Shown here one piece after another: positions 46,300 to 59,120 of a stretch of 64,000 bases of DNA (within the stretch, counting starts at the first letter, position 1; each line of letters opens with the position of its first letter). The stretch covers positions 124,001-188,000 of the forward strand of contig AP026128.1 of NCBI GenBank assembly GCA_030295235.1, read 5' to 3'. The notes beneath the pieces are model-generated. The model was not told the origin of the DNA, searched no databases, and was given only the letters and a program-made list of their open reading frames with translations. Position numbers and translations under genes: made by a program. Source of the stretch: Fistulifera solaris (taxonomy: Eukaryota).

Positions 46300-48533
46300 A
46301 TGAGAGTACCGCCACGAGGATCACTTCACAGTGCTCACAATCAGCAACTCGACGATGATGTGTCGAGTGACGACGATAGTCTTCCCGAACGCCCTCGTCG
46401 CCGTCAAAGGACCGTGGAAGACGAAGGTGAAGATCAGAAACGGTTCGATACCGACGAAGAGATTGCAAAAATCTGCCCTTTTGTTGTGCGGTCTGTCACT
46501 GCTCGGAAGAACGAAAACGAGCCACCATTTTGAACTCGGAAAATGATACCTTCATTACGGACAATCAGTCTCATTTCCATCGATTCTGCTGCCACAATGG
46601 CAAAGCTGTAGTTCAAGCGAATGATGTGGTCAAGCGTCTCGAGAATGGTGAGTTTGACGACGAAGAAAGTGACGATGAAGAGTTTCTTTTGAAAGCGAAA
46701 GATGTTCAGAGATACATTAAGAATGCGAATCGCCAAGAGAAGTCCTACTTCAATACGGACAATTTGGAGGTGGAAGCGGACAAGCTGCTTCGCAATCCGG
46801 CCTATGCGGAACATGTGATGAAAGCCTTTCACGAGGAAACGAAGAAAGGTCCAAGAAAGGAAGGTTTGGTGGTATTAGATTTGTTTGGAGGAGTCGGAAC
46901 TGCGTTGGTGGTGTTGAAACGCTTGAAACTTCCCATTAAAAAGGTTATTCACGTGGAATATGATCTTGTGGCGACCTTTGTCAGCCGTATGAACCATGAC
47001 TACAAGTTTGTGGAGTCGCTACGGGCTTTTGCTCGTGATAAGGTTGAAGAAGGGCAGGATGGTGGGTACAGAACGCTGGTGGATTGGAAAATCTCTGATG
47101 ATGAAATTGAGCATGTTTACTACCGCCACTTTGAAGATATCTTCAAAGATTCGAAGGGTGCGGGATCTGCAAACCCTCCATTCCAGGATTTTGCTGCGAG
47201 ACATGTTCGGACTGGTACGTTCTCCGCATGTTTCCCCATTCCTGATTCTTTGCACATTTTCTTGTGTATCTCAATCATTTTTAGACGGGATCGATCTCAT
47301 TCTTGGGGGACCCCCGTGCATCGATTTCAGCGGAGCTAATGCCAATAGACAGGGGACGGACGGAGAACAAGGAAAGTACGTCATCTTGACTGGTCAACTC
47401 TGTCAAGAAATTCAGAAACACCAGTTGCGAAAAGCATACATCATGATTGAAAATGTCGTCATTTCGAACCCGACGGATTGTGAACGAATTCGCGAAGCAC
47501 TTGGCTTCCGGTGGGAGCCGGTTGAACTCGATGCCTGGCAGCTATCTCCCTGTCGAAGAAAGCGTCATTTTTTCACCAACATTCCGTACTCGGACACCGA
47601 AAGAGCTCATCAATACTGCGAAGTAACCCCAGAAAGCTGCATGGACAATGATTATACGTTAGCGCAGATGCTTATTGCGGACACAGAAAGTGCCGAGGAT
47701 GCCCCGTCGCGCAGGATGAAGGCAAACACGTTTATGGCCTCAAAAGCGCGACTTAAAGATGACCGTATGCACGTTTTCAAGAGATACGAAAACGGGAATA
47801 ATGGAAGTAGGAAAAGTCGTGAATACTTGACACGTGCTTTCAATGTGACAGAGAGAGAGAGCGAATGATGGGATATCCGGAGGGCTATATCAGTCGACCA
47901 GGTTAGTTTTATTTTTTTCTCTGCTGTGAGCAAAATTCGTTCTGCAGGCTTATCTCACGCTCAGCTTTACTCAGTTTCTATGCTTTTTGAGATTCTTTGG
48001 AATCATGGATACTTTCGTTTGAACAAGTACAAATTTGAAATTAGAGGACAGCCCGCAGAAACATGGCCACTGGATGAGGAGGGTTGGCGTGAAATGTTGC
48101 CCAAGGAGCTGCACGATTTCGCTGGAAACTTTCTAGGCCATTACTTCCCAGATATAACACCTTTTTCCGTAAAGTTTGCTCTTCCCCCAAAGGTCAGACT
48201 TGCTCCGCCACCAAGTGGTGAGACGGTAAGTAGATAACCGATCGCGTCGATGTCGTTGTTCACAACAGCTCTCAAATCAGCCCATCACAGCCAACTCATC
48301 TCGACGAAGAAGAGTACGCCATGCACCTGATCGGGAACGCTTTCTCAATCCCATCAGTTGAGCAGGTTTTGTGCCGTTTAAACGAGTTATTCAGTCCCGA
48401 GGAGAAACGGCGTTGTCAAGAGCTTTATGAAAACTGGCAATATCCTTACAAATGGGAAAATGATACACCGCGGGAAGTCACTCCTACTCCTCGTGGGGAA
48501 GCGGTTTCCTTCAAGCGCGAATACTTTATTTAA
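46300..48533 (+). CDS. DNMT3: DNMT3-like cytosine-5 DNA methyltransferase; introns 47215..47284, 47902..47974, 48226..48290
   Basis: Motif I VLDLFGGVG, IV GGPPCIDFS, VI IENV, VIII SPCRRKRHFFTNIP, IX ERE-RMMGYPEGY, X LIGNAFSIPSV, in canonical order. Three GT-AG introns restore frame. Indels near 46530 and in the (AG)n run at about 47860. Start uncertain. Confidence 0.82.
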
Positions 48534-48608
48534 GATGACATGGCATCGTTTTATAAAAGTTAACTTTGCATTTGATAAAGAAAAAGCTCGTTGTTTAGCC
48601 CTTGGTAC

Positions 48609-50066
48609 TTAATCAACATTGAGTATGGGGTCCTCGTCACCATTATTAAAAGCAAAATACATTCGTTTCTGTGGTTGCAGGTCAACGATCATTAACGTCA
48701 TGTTGTCTCCACCAATGCCTTGTGTTACCCTCGGATCGATCGATAGAATGTCATCTAGTAGTTGCGTGCAAATCTCATTTAGGGAGGAGCATGTGTCCAG
48801 CCGCGACCGAACGTAAGCCACTGCTTTTTCATTGGTCATACAATCCCAAATCCCATCACAGCCCAATAAAATGAACTCGTCGTCCGGCTCTAATTGGATT
48901 CTAAAGCGGAAAAGCAGGTAAGTCAACAAATGGATGCAAGTACATGCTTGGCGTTAAAATACTCACTGTCGAATGTCGGGCTCGGCGGTAATCATTTGCT
49001 CAGCCGGCGTTAGATACGGCACTTGTTTGTACTTCAAATCCCCAATCGATCGAGACAAATTCAAATTCCCATTCACTCGGCCAAAGGCATTCACAAATCC
49101 CCCCGCGGCAACAATACGGGCCAACTCGGTCGCTTGCATTGGCTTATGATCTTCCGACAGGGCTTCCACTTGTCCGTGGGCACGACATAAAACAGCACGA
49201 GAGTCGCCCGCATTCGCCACCGTCAACAACCCATTGTCTTCCAGGACCGCGACAATTGCCGTCGCCCCGGCGTGGATTGGATGATCCGGTAACGTACAAA
49301 TCAATCGACCATTTTGTTCCATCGAAGCTCGAAACGACGATGACTCTGTCTTTAAGTTTTTATTCGCATCTTCCAGTGTGAGTGTACCCGATGTAGCGCG
49401 GGTTTGGCCACTTAAATTCAAGAGACGCTTGAACATGGCTGTCATGCTTTCGTCGTCTTGATTCGTATTCATACTCGTATCGTTGTTGTCGGTATCGTGT
49501 TCACTATCGTCCAAGTTACGATCCAAGGTGGCCGCCTCTTCTCTTCCCACCACTCCGTCACTATCATTGCCGTCATCCTCCTTGCTATTATCGTTTTCGG
49601 AACAAGACTCCGTTACAACATGAGACAAGGGAGACGTCTCCGACAACGCCACAACGCCATTTTCCGGTATCGAAACGGCTTCTTTGCGAAGTCCGGGAGC
49701 TGGTTTCATGGAACGTAATTGAATTAACTCGTCTCGTCGATTGGCGTCATGAATCATGCGATCTAATGCGTGAAACGTTTGCACCAAGGCCGGACCCATG
49801 TTGTCATCACGGCTCGAAAGATGTTGTTGTAACACCGAAACCAGATAGAGAGAACAGAAGCGCGCCACTTCCGGACCTCCGTGACCATCAAAGACCCCAA
49901 AGACTTTGTAATCACTTCGCAGAAAAGCGAGGTGCGCATCTTCCATCGTCTTGCGCCAGCCTTGCATGTCGGCGACACACCACGCCACCGGTCGGGCATC
50001 CGATTCGATCGATTGCCCGGATTCACTGCACTTTTCCGTCACGGGTGTCGATAAATAAGTTCCCAT
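48609..50066 (-). CDS. Protein phosphatase 2C (PPM1G-like, acidic insert); intron 48901..48966
   Basis: MGTYLSTPVTEK, MQGWRKTMEDAH, FGVFDGHGG, VANAGDSRAVL, SEDHKP, GRVNGNLNLSRSIGD, GCDGIWD, GDNMT. Confidence 0.93.
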
Positions 50067-50556
50067 TGTTGCAGTGTAGGAGTCGTTTTGAATTATTGAG
50101 GAAAGAGAAGTTCGACGAAGAAATAGCCCGATTACAAGGCAAAGCACGCACGCCTCTTTGCTTTCTTTAAAAATACACACCGGTGCGTCTTGCTTATCAG
50201 TAAAAGAAATCTAATGAGAGAAATTCAACAATCACAATGTATAGAAGAATGCGATCGGAGTAAGTCTATTATATTCGCATTGCGTTTCTTATGCGAGCGA
50301 AACAAGAAGCTGTGTTGCATGTTTTGCGATCGAGTTAGCGCGGCTCGTAGGTCGTCCGTTCCATTTCACATGTCCGCCTCCTCTCCACGAACTATTATCA
50401 GCACTATTTTCTAAGAATCTATGCGAACACGGGTTCTTTTCCCAGGTTCTGGATCATTGAGTGTTCTACGTATAGCTAGTTCCAGCATTAATACGAATTC
50501 GAACTCATTTCTACGTAACTCAAATACTTCTAAGCGTTTACTGCCCTCCTACACGT

Positions 50557-52366
50557 TCAAGGCGCCAAGCGGTTCGGAGTGCGCGGGAACCACGACGTTT
50601 GACGAATGTTGGGCAAATTCAAAAGAGCATCACCACGCGCTCCAGTCCAATGCCACCACCACCGTGAGGAAAAGCACCGTGACGGAAGGATTGCAAGTAA
50701 CTCTCAATGTCTTTTGAATCAATGCCGTGTGCGGTGGCGCGTTCTTCCAGTAAGTTCGGCTCGTGGATGCGCTGTGCGCCACTGAGAATTTCCTGTCCAC
50801 GCATGAAAAAATCGTAGCTGTTGCTCAATTTCGGATTTTCCGCATCCGGCATGGTGTAAAATGGACGCACGCTCAAGGGGTACTTGTCCATGAAATAGAA
50901 TTCGGTTCCGTACTTTTGCAGCACAATGTCCCCCAGCTTCTTCTCGTGTTCCGTCGACAAGTCTTCATAATCATCTTGTGCAATTCCCGCGTCACGGAGT
51001 AGCTGACACCCCTCGGCGTACGTGAGTTTCAAGACGGGGTTCAAGTATTTCATGTTCTGGAATGGGTACTGTTCGCGGACGCGTTCCAGTTCCACCGCAC
51101 ACCGTTCGTTGATTCCATCAAAGATGTAGACAAACAAGTCACACAGCACTTGCAAGACTTCGTCGTAATGCTCTTGAATCGCCATTTCAAGATCCAAGCC
51201 CGTGAATTCACACAAATGGCGACGTGTGTTGCTGTCTTCGGCACGGAAGACCGGCCCACTCTCAAAAACACGTTCAAATCCTGAACACGCGGCCGTCATT
51301 TGTTTGTGCAATTGCGGTGACATGGCCAAGCAGGCCGGTCGACCAAAGTAATCCAACGTAAACACATCACTGCCTCCTTCACTGGCACCTCCAATGATTT
51401 TAGGGGTGTGAATTTCTACGAAATTCTGACTCACGAGATACTCGCGAAATAGTTGACCCACCATACTTTCAATGCGAAAGATGGCTTGATTGGCCGGTGT
51501 TCGTAAATCCAACCAACGGTAATCCAAACGCAAGTGACGACCGACTCCGCCGCGGGCGACTTCTTCCGGGGCATCTTCAAAGTATTCGCCAACATCGGCC
51601 TCGCGATCGACAACTTTTTGACACGCATCTTCCATTTGGAAAGGCAGTGCGGCTTGTGACTTGACGACCGCATGGAAGGATGTGACTTGCAGTTCGACCA
51701 AGGATTGTGTCGCCGCTTCGATGGTGTTTCGGGGCACGAGACGACACCCGTCACGTCCACCACCGATTCGGCAGGCAAGGCGCCAATGTACTTGATCATG
51801 GCTGAGCTGCAACTTTTACCTTCAAAACAAACGACTTGCAAGGTCGACATTTTCGATCGCAGCAAACAGAAAACTCCCTTCCCCACCACGCGAATCGTTT
51901 GCACGAAACCACGAACGGTGATGTTTTTTCCCTGCAAAGCGGGCGTTACTTGGTTCAGTTCCGTCCATACAGTCTCCGAAACAACTTGGCTCTGCGTCAG
52001 TGGCTTATCTCCAAAGTTCTCGGCAGCTTCCGTCTGTTGCAGGCGCTTTTCTCGTTCACGGGCTTCGCGGGCCGCCCGATTTGCTTGCTTCTCGGCTTCG
52101 CGGGCAGCTTTTCGCCGCCGCCTTGGCGGCGCGTTTCTCCTTATTCTTCTCATTACCTTCTTCCTGGACGTGTTCTTTTTCTTGTGCTCCTCTTTTTTAC
52201 CTCCAAATTCATTTCCCGTCAATTGTTGGTATTCCTTTTTGAGGCGCAACATTTGTTGCAAGGTTTCATTCCATTCCGTGGGTGGCTGACCGGCCGCTTT
52301 CGCCGCCTTAATTTGTTCTCCGAGCGCCGTAATTTGAGCGGTCAATTCCGATTCGTCCGTCGACAT
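50557..52366 (-). CDS. DARS: Cytosolic aspartyl-tRNA synthetase with N-terminal WHEP-like domain; several frameshifts
   Basis: RLDYRWLDLRTPANQAIFRI, FVEIHTPK, SEGGSDVF, SPQLHKQM, GPVFRAEDSNTRRHLCEF, GQEILSGAQRIH, GGGIGLERV. The shifted tail reads LPNIRQTSWFPRTPNRLAP. Confidence 0.93.
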
Positions 52367-52769
52367 TTTTGCAGAGGCAATTGAAACAATCGAATCAATA
52401 ATAGTAACGCTTTGCGGCAAGAAGATCCTCTTTGCGTTATTTATTGTGAAAATGGCTTCTCGTCGCTTTCTCGATTTTTAGTTCTAAAATTGCATCATGA
52501 CGTACCGGTACCGTCTCGATGGACGGTCGTAAACAAGCATCGTCTGGCCTACACACGGAATATCGATTCTCACAAGGAGGAGTCACGAACAACTTTCAGC
52601 TATAAGGATATAACTCTACCAGGTAATACTCTGGCCTCATCGTCAACCTTGTGAGAATAAAATCACTGAAATTATTATCCCAATGAAACGTAAATAAACC
52701 GTGTTAAAATAAAATTATAAAAAAAACAAAAAAGAGAGCTATACTTATATTACAAATTCGTTTCAAAGC

Positions 52770-53791
52770 CTACAAATCTCTCTTCACTTTGCGTGTTTGC
52801 AAGCGACGCCGGGGTGATGATTGTGGCGAACCATGCTTACCGTCATCCTCGTCAGACAGCTCGAACAAATTGCGTCGGGAATTACGACTCGAAAGATGAC
52901 GACCGCGTCGTGGCGGCGAGGTAGGGTCGCCATCTTCAGACAAATTGGTGGCTTCTACGCGCGAAGGACGCTCTTGATCCTTGGTATGATTCTTGTCTAG
53001 ACCGGGGTGTCTTCATTCGCCAGATCCGGCGTTCGCAATTGCCTTTTCGAGGGACCCAAAGAACGTCGTCGCGGGCGCTGTGAAGGATTTTCCGACTCGA
53101 CATGATTGCTGTCTGTGTCATCCTTCTTCTCGCGGTGTCTTGGTCCTACGGACCGATTACGAGGACGTCGTGGTGGTAATTCCGCTTCATCCTTCTTACT
53201 ACAATCCGACTTAGTACACGATAATTCACTTCGATTCACTCCAGAGTGTCCGCGTTCTTTTCGAGAAGGCGAGGAAATGCCTTTATCATCATCTTTTGTT
53301 GCTGTTTCCTCGGTTACAGTCTCCCGCAACTGCGAACGACGACCGCGGCGATGCTTTCCGTCGCGGCGACGTGGGGAAGAATCTAAAGGAGAAACGGGAA
53401 GCGTCAACGATGGAGAATACGAGGAGGCACGCATCGGTGCGACCCGCTTGGGAGTCAAGTCGAGCAACTCGGAAGCGGCCGTTGTTTCGCTGGTATCCCC
53501 TTCTTGATCGAGGCGAAGTTCCTTTCGGGCCTTTTCGCGCTCAATCATGAGCCAATTCCGTCGGTCGATGTCACGCTCCTCCGGTGCTAATTCAGTCGAT
53601 GAGTTATCGCGTTTGGCAACAAAAGAAAATGTTTTCCGCAACTGAAATTGAAAGCTTCGCCGGTTTTTGTTCTCCGGCCCTTCCGGCTGCGGTGAAAATC
53701 GTTCAACAGGATGATTCTTCACAAGCGCCTGGCTGCTCTCGAAGAAAGGCGTCGTGACACATCCTGGCGATTTGATCGTTCGGCTTGTCAT
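52770..53791 (-). CDS. Hypothetical Arg/Ser-rich low-complexity protein; apparent frameshift(s) near 53000
   Basis: The 265-aa ORF continues in another frame to TAG at 52770 with the same RRxRS/SPRRR composition. Confidence 0.5.
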
Positions 53792-54501
53792 CACGATTGA
53801 TTATTCCTACCGAATGAGCAAAGTTACTTTGTGGCATGCAAAAGAGGATAGTTACTGTAATGCATTAAAAATTAATGAAGTGGATGCAGTTCAAGCGAAA
53901 TGGCAAAATAAGGCAAACTCAAAAGCTCAGCCTTTTCACTTTTCATCGATCTTTCGTTTTTATTGGGCGTGTGGCAGCATTCTTGTCTATAAGTCTCATC
54001 GTACATTACAGCTAATAGTCTTCAATCACGCATAAGGTAAAGCAATACGAAATTATGTGCACAAATGTCGCAGCAGGAAGCAGAGTCAAAAGAATTGTAC
54101 CGTTCTGGAAAGTAGTGTGATTGAACTGAGTACTATCATGTATCCGGCGAAAATGTCTCCGCCGCGCACAAAGTTCTCGCCGTTCTTCCTCGTGACCGAG
54201 AACCGTGACCAGTGACAATTTCAGTCACTCATGCATTGATTGGATCGGCGCTACCAAGTCGTCTAACTCTCAAGAAAAGTTCAGCTCGGTATAAGGCAAA
54301 TCTATTTATTTACAGCGCTTGCTCTAGTATTAAATCATGTGTGCATTGTACATACATATGCAGGGCATGCAAGTTGTAAGCCTCTTAGGCTTTCACGGAA
54401 CCTGACGTCCCGTCGTCAGTTTAGGCCTGCCGGATCGGTCAGCCATAGATCAGCAAACCAGTTCTTGCTGTTCTTAATAACGCTTTCGTCCAATCATCAT
54501 T

Positions 54502-55380
54502 TCAAGCTGCAGGGGCTGCTAGCTCTCCTATTTCTCGAAAAAAGCAAACGTTCAAGAAGAAGGTGCGATATTCCACATCGGTCAGCTCGGCCGGAACGGT
54601 GGCACCCACTTCTTGTGGTCGAGAATTGACAAGATTGGACAATAGACAACCGATTTCATGAACGCAAATGTCCGTTCGTCCGAACACTCGGTAATAGCAG
54701 TGAATGTGCCCCATATTGTTGGCGAGGCTCAGGAAAGCAAGATGCAACGGAACCGCTTGATTTCCATTGATCGTCAAGGCAATGTCTTCCTGATCCGCCA
54801 GCGTGGTGTACGCGAGCGAGTAATATTCCAATGCACACGACATGTCTTTGGATTCACACTTTTCTAGGCCATGATAATGATGCGTCAGGCCAATGTTGTA
54901 CAGTAGGACGGCCGTCAAAACGTGAGAGCAGAACGGAGATTTGCCTTCGCATTTCTGCTGAAGGTCGAGCATCAAATCAAAAGACAAATGCAGAGCTCTT
55001 CCGAACATGACGAAGAAATCATCAACATCGGAGGAAGGCTTCTCTTCAAAGACAGGAACACTTAACAGAAATCGTTCCGGGGTGCCATCCATATCCATGT
55101 CCATATCGTTTTCGTCGTCAGAGTCAGGGCACTGGTTTTCATAACATGAATTGTTGACGTCTAGTTGTGAGACAGGAGTGAGCGAAACAGGTTCTGTAGG
55201 AAGTGGGGTGGGCGCAGGCTTTTGCGTCGTTACGCGAGGTGCGTTCTGAAAGGAAACCAACAGAAGTTCCAAGCCGTTGCGAAACAAGGCTGTTGCCTCA
55301 TTGTACTTCCTTTGCTGCAATTTGAGAATCCCTTGTGAGTTTAGGCTCAAGGAGTGAGCTTGATAGTCTTTTAGTTCCAT
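54502..55380 (-). CDS. TPR-like helical hypothetical protein (diatom-expanded family)
   Basis: LNSQGI.......A..LFRNGL, AVLLYNIGLTHH..GL.......AL.YY.LA, LSLANNMGHIH. Confidence 0.7.
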   Translation of the reverse strand: MELKDYQAHSLSLNSQGILKLQQRKYNEATALFRNGLELLLVSFQNAPRVTTQKPAPTPLPTEPVSLTPVSQLDVNNSCYENQCPDSDDENDMDMDMDGTPERFLLSVPVFEEKPSSDVDDFFVMFGRALHLSFDLMLDLQQKCEGKSPFCSHVLTAVLLYNIGLTHHYHGLEKCESKDMSCALEYYSLAYTTLADQEDIALTINGNQAVPLHLAFLSLANNMGHIHCYYRVFGRTDICVHEIGCLLSNLVNSRPQEVGATVPAELTDVEYRTFFLNVCFFREIGELAAPAA

Positions 55381-56647
55381 CTTGATGATTGATTCTATTG
55401 TTAGCAAGCGAAGTTATGCAATGCAGTTTTGATTTTATGATGCTTTTTAGGTTTTCGTGTGCATTGCGCGCAGATGGCCGCTGGCGGTCCGCATTGTACT
55501 CTTATTTAGAGTGTAAAGAATGTTTTTCACTTCGCCACCGCCACTGCCACGACAGCGCCTGTTCGGTCCAGTACTCTTCGTCCTATTGCGGAGTTAAGCC
55601 GCTCGGAGCTTCGGAGCATTAGAAATCCCGATGGCGCGCCACGCAATAACGCGCCACGACGACATTTATTTATTACTGGGTTAAATGATCGTATCTAAAA
55701 AGTCACTCCACGATCAGACAAAAACTGCACGAACTTTGTTATTGCAGGAACCACGAAGCCAGAAATCCATATCCATAAATAATTAATGGCATCGGTGAGA
55801 AGGCGGAAGAATTGCCTAATACCAGTAACTACTCGTCAGATGAGATGACTGTAGCAAAGAAGTGGTAATCAGGCCCTTCGTGCTAGCTGATGGTTGGTCA
55901 TCGTTCGTCATAATAATACTTAACAAATTCATAGGACAAATACATCATCGGTAGAATGCGAAAAGCAAATGCTTCCTCTAGAGTCTAGAGTGCTCCTAGT
56001 ACTGTACATAGTAGATAGTAGGTAGTTTGAAAGATTGTGAAAGCCAACAACGACAGCCGACAGCCGACACCCGACACCCAATACAAATACAATAGACTAG
56101 TCTGGGAGTTGCTCGTGTTTTTTTCCTTTACTCTGCACTCTATGTACCTAGCTAGTTTAGTTCTAGTGTCTAGTCTAGCCTCTCTAGCTCCAAGTAGTCT
56201 AGAGTCTAGAGTCTAGACTAGCGCCAGCGCCTTGTATTCTGTATTTTGTAATGATGGCAGCCAACATTATTTCAATTCGTTGCGTCTTCTTTGATCATCT
56301 CTCTTCTGTTTTCAGCTTCAGAAAATCATATATACTCTACGACTCGTACGTCCTTGTTTTCGGATCGAGGAGCTTCCTATCTTTTCACTCGTCACGTCGC
56401 AAAATCTCACGTCTCATCTCTTGCAACCCACACCCGACACAGAATAGATAATTGCCAGCAGCAGCTACAAGTATCACTACTTCTCTGAGCAGTCGGCAAC
56501 GAGGTGAAAACGAAGACTGGCTCGGTCCATTACGTCACGACTAAAGTCTAGTTATGTCTTCAGCAAGTATTTTTGTTACCACCCCGTTAAAAATTATGAT
56601 GGTCTTGAAAAGTCAAATCTATTGCGCCTCTGAGCCATAGCGGCTGC

Positions 56648-57931
56648 TTAGAAGAAGCACAAACTTGTCATATACTTAATCGACGGGAGTTTTAACGATA
56701 TCTTGGCCACGGTCACCGACCTGAAAGATCCTCCGCTTGGTCCGAATACAAAGTCATCGTCTCTTATCGGAAACACAATTGCCGGTTGCTCCAATTGGGA
56801 CACTTCAAAGAGAATCGCGTCTTTCGTATCCGTCAGTGATAATCCGCATGCCTGGCAAAATGTGGCAGAATCTTTTCTCATTAACAATCGGGCCACATCC
56901 TCCAATGGTACTGCTTCTGCCCTACCCCAAGTCACGTTGTACATTTGTAGCGCATTCCAGCGAAGATGGCTCAACTGTCTCGCGACACAACATCGAACCA
57001 AAGCACTAAATGTGGCATGATTAGAACCTTCTCGAAGTAACTTCAATACAATGAACCAGTTGCCTTGTGCCCATTCTCCGGCTAATCGAAGACTCCAATT
57101 CAACAATTCCCCTTTTCCTCGATACACTTTACGATACAGTTCCGAGAACGACAAAGGCTCCTCACAGCACACCTGCAGAAGGAGGGTGTAGGCTAACACT
57201 TCATCATCCCATTCTCGCTGGATCTCTGTAGAATCCTTGGTATTCAACCAGTAGTTCGATAGGGCAGCTTTCAAGGCGTCCATTCCTAATTTAGAGGAAT
57301 ACTCGGGAACATCGGCCATGAAATATATAATCAATATTTGTGACCGGATCATCGACAATTGTATCCGCTTGGACGTCTGCTGGGATCGAGTCAAATCAAC
57401 TTGTACGGCACGGAAGCGATCTTGCACAAACTCGACTACCGAGAGGTACGAAACAGGGACCCCATCCGGCGATCTAGAGGGTGCCGCAATGAGTAACTGC
57501 TGCAAATATTGAACCGTACCGTGTAGTTGCTCCATCGTCCGCGGAGGATACCGGTCTGTCACGCCCGCTGCCGAGCGCCGATATTTGCTCACGGCCAAAC
57601 ACGGATCGATGGCGTATCGATCTTTCGTCGCTTTTGTTTGCGAATTTTGAAGAGCCGCTTGCAGCGACGAAGAGCGCCCAATAGATGACGACATTCTTTC
57701 AAAGATCGAAACTTCTCCGGAGGATTGCCGATCGTCGCATTCTTCTTTCCGACACATAGAATATGGGGCGGGTTGAGGCGGCATGTCGGACGGATACTGC
57801 GCTAATCCGAGTATAACACGATTAGAAGAGTCCTTGCCTCCTTCCTTTTCCAAACCATAAAATTTCTCTAGGGCTTGCATTCTATTATTCAAAATTTGCC
57901 AAGTAACAAGCGTATCATCGATCTTCGTCAT
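56648..57931 (-). CDS. SAC3/GANP family protein
   Basis: AVSKYRRSAAG...PRT..QLHGTVQYL...EFVQDRFRAVQVDLT, A..W..GNW, and a PCI-like C-terminus. Confidence 0.8.
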   Translation of the reverse strand: MTKIDDTLVTWQILNNRMQALEKFYGLEKEGGKDSSNRVILGLAQYPSDMPPQPAPYSMCRKEECDDRQSSGEVSIFERMSSSIGRSSSLQAALQNSQTKATKDRYAIDPCLAVSKYRRSAAGVTDRYPPRTMEQLHGTVQYLQQLLIAAPSRSPDGVPVSYLSVVEFVQDRFRAVQVDLTRSQQTSKRIQLSMIRSQILIIYFMADVPEYSSKLGMDALKAALSNYWLNTKDSTEIQREWDDEVLAYTLLLQVCCEEPLSFSELYRKVYRGKGELLNWSLRLAGEWAQGNWFIVLKLLREGSNHATFSALVRCCVARQLSHLRWNALQMYNVTWGRAEAVPLEDVARLLMRKDSATFCQACGLSLTDTKDAILFEVSQLEQPAIVFPIRDDDFVFGPSGGSFRSVTVAKISLKLPSIKYMTSLCFF

Positions 57932-59120
57932 CGTCGCACCTTTCCTCCAACAACAACAAAACTCAGTAAGTTTAAAGTTAAAATTGACCACCATTCCAAC
58001 AACCAGCTAAACTCAACCCTTATTGAGCGCAAGCTGAAAACGAAAGCACGGATGCACGGTCACACTTTGGAAGAACTATGGATGTTTTGGTGCGTTGGCG
58101 CTTGCGGATCTATGGTAAGAATTATGGGATTGAAATACAGATAATCAGATCTTCTATTTTCTATTTTGATTACAAGGTAGAAGGAAAGGTGAAGAATTTT
58201 TGTCACACTGAAGTTCGGCAACGTGCAATCTCCGACGAAAACTACCTGGTATTAAAAAGCCTGGGGACTGAGACTGAGGACTCAGGTGAGGAAAAATCCT
58301 CTTGGCCTTGGCGGCTCACTGTCGTGACTCATCGGCGTCCGTGAATAACAATGAATCAATGACGTAGAAACAATCGGCACCGACCAACGACCAAGTTGGC
58401 ACCGACAAGAAAAACGACGATGATTGACAGTGCCCAATACAAGAAGTAATTGCAATCTCCTCAATCGACCTTCCAGTCCCGAAATGGCATTGTACTATCA
58501 AGCCTCGTGTACAAACACGGCATCGAATTCTAACAAGGGACTGGACAGTCTTGTCTGATTGGAACCTTTCACGACCAGTGACATCGGGCCTCTTTTAGAA
58601 TCTTGCAGCGACTAGAAGATACAAGATGCTAAACTGTTTATTACAGTAGATACAACTTTTCATTCGGTCGTGTAAGACTCCTCTAAGGCAGAACGAACAA
58701 CGAACGAAGTTCCGCATTTGAGTTTGTGCTTAGTGTACTGTCATCCTGAGTACAGAGTACAGAGGTGAAACACGTCAAAGGATAAAAGGAAAACCCCAGA
58801 CGTGCAAGCTCAGTATCGCCTCCAAGAAGATTACAATTATTGGAATTTTTGTGTTTGTAAAAGGCTGAGCAGTCTTCGATTTACGATGGGAGACTTCCGT
58901 TAGGTCTCCAACCAGGGTGAACCTCTTCCGATAGCTCTCCCGTTAGGAGAGACGTTAACTGACTACATTCAACTTTACAGTAGAGTACGCGCCATTGGAT
59001 GTGGTACTAATTACTTAGAATCTACTTAGGTTGCTCGATAAAGTAACAAAGCCTTATGAATGACAGTCCCGGATGATTCATGAATCACCCCTCTAAGATA
59101 ACCAAATCCTCAATAAACAA

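Noticed and set aside
50557..52366. Programmed frameshifting, RNA editing or pseudogenisation of AspRS and other genes
   Set aside because: The shifts go in both directions, share no slippery motif beyond homopolymers, and the reconstructed frames retain all motifs. Sequencing error is simpler.
8064..52366. Functional cluster of tRNA/translation genes (TilS, RLP24, IGHMBP2, PRORPs, AspRS)
   Set aside because: They are spread over 44 kb among unrelated genes, which is plausible by chance in a gene-dense genome.
55977..56222. CTAG-rich and AGTCTAG tandem tracts as Helitron ends
   Set aside because: No paired 5' TC end or subterminal hairpin was found. These look like simple intergenic repeats.
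58888..58952. Two 6-bp hairpins sharing a CCGTTAG core as an ncRNA or transposon terminus
   Set aside because: The stems are too short to distinguish from chance, and the other end of the MULE is not available for comparison.
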